A DNA stretch of 64,000 nt from Penicillus capitatus (taxonomy: Eukaryota; Plantae; Chlorophyta). A program made the translations under genes and the position numbers. The notes beneath the pieces are model-generated. The model was not told where the DNA came from. It made no database searches and was given only the letters and a program-made list of their open reading frames with translations. The stretch lies in assembly GCA_965649825.1 (NCBI GenBank), contig OZ287697.1, positions 1,226,351-1,290,350 of the forward strand. The letters are read 5' to 3'. Below, in pieces: positions 21,901 to 31,799 of this stretch (its first letter is position 1; every line of letters starts with the position of its first letter).

Positions 21901-24620
21901 GAGAGTCTTAAAGCCTGAGGTCTCTCAAGATACTTCCCTGGAAAGTGTCCACGCCGGAAATTTTGTCAGATAAGCGGTCAGATAATGACTGGTCAGTCTC
22001 TCTCTAATGTCTCTTTCCGCCTCACCGTTCAAGTAGTGCGAGATTCGATATTTGATCCACGATCTGTCCGGGGGATCCCTTTCGGCCCGCAGCTGCTGTC
22101 CTCTGTGATGGAAGTCGCGCGCCGCCACTCTGCCAATGCTAGAGAGAGCCCAGGTTTCCATTTCTGGGTTGCCCAGAAAATCGAGTGACCTTCCAGGGAC
22201 CAGTCAAGCAGCTCTTGCTGGATCTGGATGCTGACCTCTGAGACGTTGGTCCAACTGAGAGCTGCTGTTTGAATTCGACCCGAGTCCAGAATCAGGCCAA
22301 GGCTTTGTCTTCGGTTCTGAGCCATCTGGGCCGACAGCTTCCTTAGTGCGCTCAGACCATTTCGCAAGCCCACGAGAGCAGAGATCTCCCATGACGTCCA
22401 GTCAGGATCCCACCAGCTTTCACCATGTCGAATACCACCATGCGAAAGTCCCCAGCTAGTACCAAGGCGGTGGCGGGTTCGGTCTTTTTGCGTTGAGACA
22501 GTCAATATCCAGTCCGGGCGTTCGGAGACCGGGATCGGGCCGGAGCCTGATAAAAGGTCTATTTGGCGAGGAGGAATCGGGGACCAGGAGTGTATCTGTT
22601 GAGGTTGAATTTCCGGAGGTCTTCTGGGAGTAGCCCTCTGCCAGCGAGACCATGCGATTCTACGATAGCATTGACCCGCTGAGCGTTCTGATCTTGCTTG
22701 GTGAAACAGCGGGTTGGCCAGCACTCTATGTCTTCTTCTGGAGTCAAAGTACAGTGCTTGTTGCACAATTTGTTGTGCTGGCGGTCGAACTCCCGCGAGC
22801 GTGTACGCCGAGGGGTAGGAGGTGGTTCTGAACGTTCCAGTCAGCAGTAGGCATGCTTGTCGCATAGCTTTCTCCAGGGGGCCAGCTTTCAGCTCGTTGT
22901 ACGCTGCACTTTGCCAAACTTCTGCTCCATAGTAGGCCGCAGGTTCGATGACACGACTGACCAGTTTTTTCGACGGCTTCTGGTAACATGCTTCAGGTCG
23001 AGCCAGTCATTCGTCGGATCCAGTCCAGACGAGTGCGGACTTTCCCAGCTGCACTTGCCACTTGGGGGCTCCAGGACAGTGTCTCATCGAGCCAGACACC
23101 TAGGTAAAGCACGGCGGCTTTCCTTACGAGTTGCTGGCCGCGCAGGAATAGGGGAAGGGTGTCGCTTCTTCTTCTTTTCACAAATCTGATCTGAAAGCAT
23201 TTCTCCGGAGTGAAGACCAGTCCTCTATCTCGAGCCCAGGTATTCATGCGGTCGAGAGTCTCCTGGAGCTTGTTCTGGGCTACCTTTTCAGATGGGGCTG
23301 CGCTGAGAATCAAGATGTCGTCAGCATAGGCTTGGGCATGGATTCCTTCTAAATCGTCAGCTAACTCCAGGATCGGATCCATGCCTATTATGAAAAGCAG
23401 CGGGGATAAGGGGCTTCCCTGAGGGGTCCCGATGGACGGGTGGTGTGTGAAGCATCCCCCTTCGAGGTCCAGCTTGGCTTCTCTATTACCGAAGAAGGAT
23501 TGTATCCAGCGCATGAGGTAAGGGGGGTGTTCATGCGATCTAATGCATTCAGTACCGCGGTGGGTCTAATGCAGTCGAAAGCACCTTTGATGTCCAGGGT
23601 GACCCCATATACCTCGCGGCCTGCCCCTTGGTTCCGTTCAATGAAATCTGTAGATTCCACCAAAGCATCGGCCACTCCTCTCCCAACCCTGAATCCAAAC
23701 TGTCTGCAGGAGAAGCCGTTCTTGGATTCGATGAGCTGGGCCAGTCGATGTGCCGCAATCTGATGCACACATTTGGCAACGTGGTTTGAGTGTTTGTTCG
23801 TCGTCTTCTGTATCGGTCACATTTCTGTAAGCAAGACGTCGATCGACACCCTCAGCTGCATCGAAAAGCGCGATTTCATCACCGACGATGGCGATCGCGC
23901 AACAGACTGCTGGGCACTGGACGCTAGTATCAAATGCCATTAAAGATCACATGCCGTTTTGGCAGTTCTGGGACAGGCATTTCTTCTTCTCTCCGTCTCC
24001 GGTGTTCCTTCTGTCGCCGGATGCCTCATCGTCGAGAACATCGCAGACGAGTACAAAGAGGGATGGTGGATCTGCGACGTTTCTTGATGCTCTCTACCGT
24101 TCCTTCTCAGAGAGACTCGTTCTCTGGAAGTCCGTGATCGTGTCAAGAAAATCTCTTCTGGTCGCCATCTTTGTTTTCTGCTATTCCTTAGGCACGTATT
24201 CGCAGCAAGTGATGTCTGTCGTGTTGGTTCTCATATTTGCTTTCTATGAGCAGATGGCCTGCCGGTCCTCATCGTCTGAACTTGACATCCTCGATGAAAT
24301 GGAAAGCGCCTAGATTCTCATTTTTCCGCTCGCTTCTGTCTCGAGTGTCTTCTTCAGTGATGGACGGGTCACATCAGACGGGCATTACGTGCTTCATGAC
24401 CCACAGTGTTGTGCTTTGCGACCTTGCACTTCCGATTTGCTTTCTCTCCTTTCTCTCCATTTTTGTTGCGAGTGCCTCAAGATTGTCTTGATCAGAGAGG
24501 GCGTGGCTGTTGATGAACATGCTGGACCGTATCACACCATTAAGGTCTGTATGCTCACTTGTATCATTGCCGGTGTCAGAGGAGCTCTTTCGCTGTTCTC
24601 GGTCTGTGGCAAGGAATGAC
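18950..24620 (+). pseudogene. Old decayed receptor paralog (internally deleted), interrupted by a LINE
   Basis: Exon-2-like DNA at 19016-19043; GTGAGC...CTGCAG intron remnant followed by MFERCD (19214; compare IFEGCD); Cys-module-like TTGCACGGTTCGTCG (20858); clear membrane-domain remnants VTSEAVNRSV (about 21290) and LYRSFSERLVLWKSVIVSRKSLL (about 24090) with stops and frameshifts. The 5' extent is less certain. Confidence 0.7.
21489..23780 (-). mobile_element. 5'-truncated non-LTR retrotransposon (RT + degenerate RNase H-like + CCHC), copy 1
   Basis: 15-bp target-site duplication GTGGTTTGAGTGTTT (21474-21488 / 23781-23795); QFGFR, LDIKGAFD, GTPQGSPLS, YADD; C-terminal CPCG...DHLLLECP; short A tail; nonsense and frameshift lesions. 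Confidence 0.95.
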
Positions 24621-26091
24621 CGGCACAGATTCTCAGATACCTTGGAGGAACTTATTAAACTGTTAGGCCATTAGATGGATGTCAAACCATCTCGGTAGTA
24701 TCTGTTTCTATTTTTTACAATCTTTCATTTGCTACAGCCATCTTTCTGACGTAATGACAGTTGACTGTAAGGATTCTTGCATTTAGACAAATGTAGAAAC
24801 GTGTGACCGTAATGCTGAATGAAATGCTTGCCTAGAAACGGTCATTTCATACACAGAGCCTGGTATGCAGTGTGCCTCGTTCACGAGCATGGCCTGTTGC
24901 CATGAAGTAGTTGAAACACTTGATCTGAAGACACACAGAATCGCCGAAAGGTCTGTGTCTACTTTCTGAATGTCTTGGCTGTACGCCACGATCTGAAGTG
25001 TAGAGATTCTGCCATGTGCCGTGTCTTACTCAAATCAGATCTATCACTGAAATCCTCGCAAGAGAGTACTGCACCCAGAATAAACGTCATTGTGATCTGA
25101 TCGACTTATGCATGGTGTTTGGTCGAGTCTAAAAAGTGAGTTTCGCGTCCTTCAAAGCATGGACGCGGTCGAGCGCGTTTAGGACATAGATCAAGGCCAT
25201 GCAGGATCACACCTTCTAAGAAAGAGTACCGTCTCTGTGCTGTACTGCACAGGAAGGTCTCCAATACCGAACTCCGTAACTGTCAGACCAAATGACAGAT
25301 AGTCCAGTGGCAGGAGCACCTGACATTCTTCTCGTAATGCGAGTAAGCTGCAGAGGAAAGGGCACGCATCCACGAGCGATACTACTGTGTATCCGGTCAA
25401 AAGCGGCAGAACGCGCATAGCTATACGAAAGGCACGTCCACAGATATACCTCTGCTCAATGCGTTGGTTCTCAGTCGACCTTTGTTATCTTCAAACAACA
25501 TAACGGCATCAGGGGAGGGAACTCCGAACAGTAAGGGTCTCACGTGTTCCCACACTTGAAGGCGGACTCCCGTTGATCGCCTTTCTGTCAACAATCTGCT
25601 TCCGTTCTCTGCATAAAGACGGTGGACGTGAGTGCTGCGAGGCTAGAGCGAGTAAACGCGTACCTTCGGTGCTGACACTCCAGATGCACAGTCTCAGGCC
25701 AGATTCGCCGACGTCACGTAAGCGATAAGACAAAGTAGCAAAGCACGGTTCTATAACAGCGATAGCAGCGGTTGCTTTGACACTGTCATCAGGACATGCG
25801 ACTGTGGACGGCGCGGTCTTTCCCGAGTCAAATCATGATCTGTGGTTGTTCGCTGCATGTCAACAAGTGTGGCTCTGCTCGACCTGAAAAGACGTTCAGG
25901 GGTCAGCTCGACGAACAGACGCTGGAAGAGGCACGCTGCGTTAGTTCTCTGCCCCGTCGGGAGAACAAGGGACGCACGCGTGCATCATGCACACCGACGC
26001 GTGGTCGCTGAGTCAGTTGCGTAGCTGCTGCATCAGGAATATTCCTTGCCTCATCTTCAGGCGATTTTCATGCAACAGGCCTCGTCCCGAC

Positions 26092-26098
26092 TATAAAA
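26092..26098 (+). promoter_or_regulatory. TATA box (TATAAAA) of receptor C1
   Basis: 60 nt upstream of the ATG; conserved at the same spacing in D, B2 and C2. Confidence 0.7.
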
Positions 26099-26151
26099 GC
26101 CACATGGTCTGCAGGCGTCTGCGAGATCCGTCTCTCAGTTCTTCGTCGAAA

Positions 26152-29100
26152 ATGCGACGCCGTTTCCTTGGTTTGCTGCTGACGCTCGTCGCCTTTGGCG
26201 CAAGTGCGACCGCGTTCGTCTGCCGGAGGTCTCACCTCCGCCGAGCTTTGGCCGCAGAAACGGCAGAAGATGCCTCGACCACTTATGTTTCCACAAAGAT
26301 TCTTAGCTCAGAACCGTCCGCAGTCTCAGAAAGAAAGGCATCTGCACCGCCTAGTGCAAAAGAGTCTGCCTCGTTCCCGACGAAGCACTCGCACAGTACA
26401 GCTCCGCCCCTCGCGTCCGAGACGCGCGAGACGGCAGAGAAAGAACGCCCATCTGTGGCTGGAAGAGGTCGGAGTGAGAGCCGTTCTCTGCGCCAGGACG
26501 ATGGCCGCGACGATAATCTTAAAAGTAAGGAAGGCCCTTTGCTGTCTTCGAGAACACCTGCTTGACGCCAGCGCTCTTGGCCTTTGCAGGCGTTCCTTGT
26601 TTGCTTAGTGAACGAACCATCGAAGAGCACCTGAACGAAACGACGAGAACGTGGCGTATCAACCGTTCGATTCTTAACGACGTCGAAGATCCTATCCAAG
26701 TCATTGTCAACTGTACGAAGCCAGGCGACGTCCTCTCCTTCAGTCCGAAGCGCAGAATCCGGCCGTCTCCGCCCATCGTCATACCATGGCCATTGACGTT
26801 GACTGCCCCAGTGAGCAGTTCCGAACTCGAGGAAGGCGTGTTCCCTCGTTCCGAAGCAAAGGCAGTCTTCACCTGTCCGAACAGAAGCGATGGCGTCTTC
26901 TTGGTTAAGTAAGCTTCGAATTCCCCATCCGCTGTTGTCTGACGTCGATCTCGTTTTCAGGTCGACGGGTGTTCTTTTCGCCAATCTGATCTTTGAGGGC
27001 TGCACTATCAGTGCAGCGAACGGCGATGAAGACGCCATCGTCAGAGTCGACGTCGACGACTGTGCATCGACTCGTGCAGACGATCAGCTGCGTCTTCACC
27101 ACGTCGATTTCCGATACAACAGCCTCGCCGAGAACAACGCCATCCGAGTGCACTCACCATCGTGCTTAAAGCTGGAACTCGTCGACCTTGGTTTCGAGAA
27201 CAACAACTGCAGCGGTCCATGCATCGTCTTCCCGTCCAATCAAAGCAGTCGGCTGCGCGACATCAGAGTCCTGAACATCACGTCGTCGGGCGAAGCTGTC
27301 GACACCTCGGCCGTGTTTTGGGGTCCTCCTGGTTCGAAGATTAACGTCACTCGGCTGACAGCGGCCAACAACGCAATCCAGATCTTCAGCATCGAAGACG
27401 GCACGCTGGTGCTAAACGACTCGAAGCTGACGAACAACAGCGCGACAGTTGGAAGTCCAGTCTATTTGGCAAAGTCCAATGGAACATTTGAAAACGTCAG
27501 CTTCGCTGGAAACGGTGCCTCTCACAGCGCTGGATCTCTCATGTTGGACGACTCGGCGATCCGCATAGATAACTGCACCTTCGAGGATGGCAATTCCGCC
27601 GAATTCGGCGGGTTCATTGACGCCGAAGAAAATTCTAATGTGACCATCAGGGACTCGACTCTCAGTCGTGGGAAAGCGAAGGACGGAGGATGTCTTCGAG
27701 TACATCTCTCAAATCTCACTCTTCATAACGTGACGCTGCGAGAGTGTCATTCCGTGGTCGACGGAGCGGCGATTCGTCTGTCCAATGCGACCGCCAACAT
27801 CACCACCGCGAGGCTGGATTCGAACAGTGCGGGTGACGATGGCGGATGCATGTATGCAGAGTTCTCCAATGTTACCGGAGACGACTGGACCGTGAAGAAC
27901 AACTCGGCTGGCGATCACGCAGGCGGACTCCGGGTGCGACTCGAGACGAATCTCAGTCTCGCCAACTCCGTTTTCCTCGACAACGAGGCAGACAGAGGGG
28001 GAGCCGTGTCTCAGGAGCTGGCTTCCGTCGTCAACTTCACAGATGTCTCATTCTCTGGCAACGTTGCTGCGACCGAGGGCGGTGCGTTCTACATCACCAA
28101 TTCGACGACGATCCTCAGCAACTGCACTTTCAATGACAGCAAGGCCGATGATGGCGGTATCCTGTTCGCAAGGAAGATGACCACAGTGAACATTTCCTCG
28201 TCGATCATGAGGAATGGCACTGCGAGACGCGGAGGATGCCTGCTCGCTCTCGACGGGTCGGTCAGAGTTTCGAATTCGACGATGGAGAACTGCACGTCCA
28301 AGGAAGACGGCGGGGCCATGCACCTGCGAAACATCGGAGCACACATCTCGAATTCCAGTTTTCTGTCGAATAGCGCAGAGGATAGTGGCGGAGCCGTCTT
28401 CGCCGATGAGAAGACCATTCTCGAAGGTCGGGAATGGTGCGTGAAAAACAACAGCGCCGGGGGCGACGGAGGTGGCGTTCTGTTGAAGCAGTCCACGATC
28501 CAAGTGAAGGACTCTCTCTTCCGAAACAACTCTGCTCTCCACGGCGGCGCTGTGCATCAGAGCTCTTCCTCAAATGGAACGTTCTTAAACGCGACGATGG
28601 TAAACAACACGTGCTCAAGGAATGGAGGGGCCTTCTTCACCGTCGATTCGTCAAGGCTGAATATCTCTAACTCTACGTTTCGTGGTGGAAGCGCAGAAGA
28701 CGACGGCGGGTTCGTTGCAGCCATCTCGAACAGCTCTGTCGATCTGGAGCATGCCAACATGAAGAATGGACACGCAACGAATGGAGGAGCCGTCTTCGCA
28801 GTCGACAGTCTCTTCAAAGGAGATCATCTCAACGTCACCGAGTGTTCCGCCAGTTCAACGGGCGGAGGATTCTCCTTCGAATCCGTAAACGCGGCAATGC
28901 TCACAGTTCAGCTTGATCACTCCATCGTGCAGAACAACACAGCTCGTCTAGGAGGTGAGGATCCGCAGCCGCTCTCTCATGCGGCCGATGTGTTATTCAG
29001 GTGGTCTGTATGTGACAAACAGCAGTGGACACCTCAACTGCTCGGAGGGCAACTCCGACTGCTTCCTCGTCACTATGCTGAACACGACTTTCGTGGACAA

Positions 29101-31661
29101 CAGCGCTGCTTATGCAGGAGGAGCGGTGTTCATGGGCTGCACCCAGAATGTGCACATCGATTGCCCTTCGAAGAATGAGGAGAAGACTGGTGGTGTCCAC
29201 ACAGAAAAGCGAAAGCGTTCTGTAGGTAGCCTCAATTCAACAGACGATGTCTGTGGGACATGGAAGAAGAACAACGCAAAACAGTATGGTGATGATGTTG
29301 CTTCGTTCGCATCACAAGTCAACGTGACCGTCAACGAAAGGGGCATCACAGGTTCAGAGGAGGATGGCTCGTATATATACAGAAGCGGATCGCCCCTCTC
29401 CATCAGTCTGGAAGTCCGAGATGGTTTTGATCAAGGTCCTGCGGTGGGAAGAAATGGCCGCGTGGTTTCCAGCACCATCTCATCTCCAAACAGCCTCTTC
29501 TCGGGATATCAGACAATCCTTTTGGGCTCTCCTTCTACGGAACTCAACGTGACTGGATTTGCGAAGCCTGGAAACTATACCGTTCTCATCAATTTCGATG
29601 AAGACATTCTAAAAGAGGAAGAGATCAATGTCACTGTGCAGAACTGCACGATTGGCGAAGCCTCTTTAAGAAATGGCACACTTTGCGAGCCCTGCAACGC
29701 CGCCACTTACAACGTTGACGTGGATGATGAAGAGTCCGAGTGTCGGCCATGCCCCGACAACGGGAACTGTACAACGAAAGTGATCGTTCCGAAACAAGGG
29801 TACTGGCACAGTTCGCCGTGCTCTCCGCACATCCAGAGATGTCTGACGACCCATGCATGTGATTGTAAAAACAGAACCGCCACTCTCCAGGAGAAATCAG
29901 AGAACATGGACAACTGCAACATCAGCAACAAGGAAATCGAAGAATACCAACAGGAACAGTGTGAAAAGGCAAGTTTGAAATCCTAATTTGCTCAGATGTT
30001 GATGATCTCTGTTGTGCATGCAGGGTTACACTGGTCCACTCTGTGGATCTTGTAACAGTTCACATGGCAAATCTCACTCTCATCTCTGCGAAGAATGTCG
30101 ATCGGACGGTGCTGACGTCGTCTTAGTCATGCTGTCATTTCTTGTTCTGATGGGGTTGTCCGGCATCACCATCAGAAGCAACCTCATCTCTGTCTTTTCA
30201 TCGAAGCAACAAACACAAGGTTCTCAGTCTTCTGCTGCCTCCACCAGCACCCACACGTTGCCGTCCGAGAGGAGAATCGAACTGGCAGTTATGGAAGAGG
30301 TCAGAGAAGAAGGATCGACTTCTTCGCACAATCAAGAAGCTGAGCCTTGTCAATCTTCTGAGGACGCAGAGCTCGGCAAATGGAAGGCCGTCGAGCTCTT
30401 TAAGGTCTTGAACCTCTCTATTTCCTATTTTGTCTATGCATCCTAACTGTTCTTCAGATAACAGTGAACTTTCTGCAGGTCACAGCCATAGCTGTGGCAA
30501 TCGATGCTCAGTGGACATTCGCCTTAATCGCACTCTTCCAGACTGCAGGTGACTGGAAGACAACTCTGTCGGACAGTCTCATGACACGTGATGTGTTCTG
30601 CAGAGTTCGTCAGCGCCATCACATCAGAAGCTGTAAATCGATCTGTCGACTGCCTTATCCCAGCAGAAGCTTCTCTGCATCGTTCAATCGACGGTACACT
30701 TGTGGATGTATTGCAGCCGTTTGCGTGCACCCTTGTCTTTGCTGTTTTCTGGCTAGTGATCAAGATCAGAAGCAACAAGCCTTTGATGTACATGTTGAAG
30801 CAGTGTGTTCTTAGTGCACTCGTTGTCTGTTATATCAGCTACATCTCCATCACCAAGACACTCGTCAACATCCTCAACTGCGTTGAGGTCTATGATTCAA
30901 ATGACACAACAACAGATTACACAACAAAAGTTTACTGGACAGTGGACACCAGCGTTGAGTGCTACGAAGGATCCCATGCTGCCTTGGCTTTTTTGCTGGC
31001 ATGGCCATTCCTCTTCATCTTCACCCTTGGATTTCCCCTGGCGATCGCATACCTCATCGGTAAGAATGTGACAGAGGATTACAAGGACGGATGGATCTAT
31101 GCCGTCGCCGGTTTCGTATACCGATCCTACAGCCAGAAGTACATCTTCTGGGAGTCTGTGATCATGTCCAGGAAGGCCCTTCTCGCAGTCGTGGTTGTCT
31201 TCTCGTACGATCTGGGTCCCAACATCCAGGCAGTCTTGGCATCCTTCGTCTTCGTCGTGGCACTTTTCTTCCAGATGAAATGTCGTCCTTACCGCGAAGA
31301 ATTTGATTGTCTTAATGACGTGGAGAGCCTTTCTATTATGCTTTCCTTACTCACCTTTGTCAGTAGCATCTTCTTCAGTGACGATCGTGTATCATATGGG
31401 GTTCGTGTGTTGATGAGCGTTTTCCTGTTCTGTACAAACGTCTTCTTCTTTCTCTATCTGTTGGCCCTTTTAGTGACATTTGCGGCTGAGTACCTGGGAA
31501 GTGTATTGGTCAGAGAAGGAGTGCACTCATCTTCAACAAAAGGCACATTTCGCATTCTCCGTGCCTATCTTGTCGATTACCTCTTCGCTCGTGCGATAGC
31601 TGCCATGATCCGATGGGTCAACAAAGGAAGATCTCGTCGATACGGCCGTTCTGCAGTTTAA
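26152..31661 (+). CDS. Receptor C1: Pmp-like beta-helix / stalk / Cys-rich / multi-pass membrane protein, 1,727 aa
   Basis: Exons 26152-26524, 26590-26908, 26961-28954, 29001-29968, 30024-30404, 30458-30548, 30604-31661 sum to 5,184 nt in frame. Introns are 46-65 nt with CTGAC/CTAAC-type branch sites; intron 4 is GC-AG. Signal peptide, about 20 GG(A/C/F)(I/V/L) repeats, many N-x-S/T sequons, 8-9 hydrophobic segments. Confidence 0.92.
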
Positions 31662-31799
31662 AGTTGCTTTGTCGTTTTCAGATCTCTTTCTGTGTATTGG
31701 GAATAGGAAGGCGATTAAAACCGTCTCACCTTTCAGTGTTTGAATGATTCTTGGCATCGTCACAGGACATCAACTGTGAATGGAAAGTGTTTAAGCAAA

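Noticed and set aside
28048-28557. Recurrent 146-169-aa minus-strand ORFs in every receptor copy (also about 37932, 45329, 58650)
   Set aside because: They recur only because the sense-strand exon is duplicated; typical antisense shadows of GC-rich repeat-coding DNA.
26961-28954. Horizontal transfer of a bacterial (Chlamydia) pmp gene
   Set aside because: The gene has conserved spliceosomal introns and a eukaryote-type multi-pass C-terminus instead of an autotransporter barrel; motif similarity alone does not show recent transfer.
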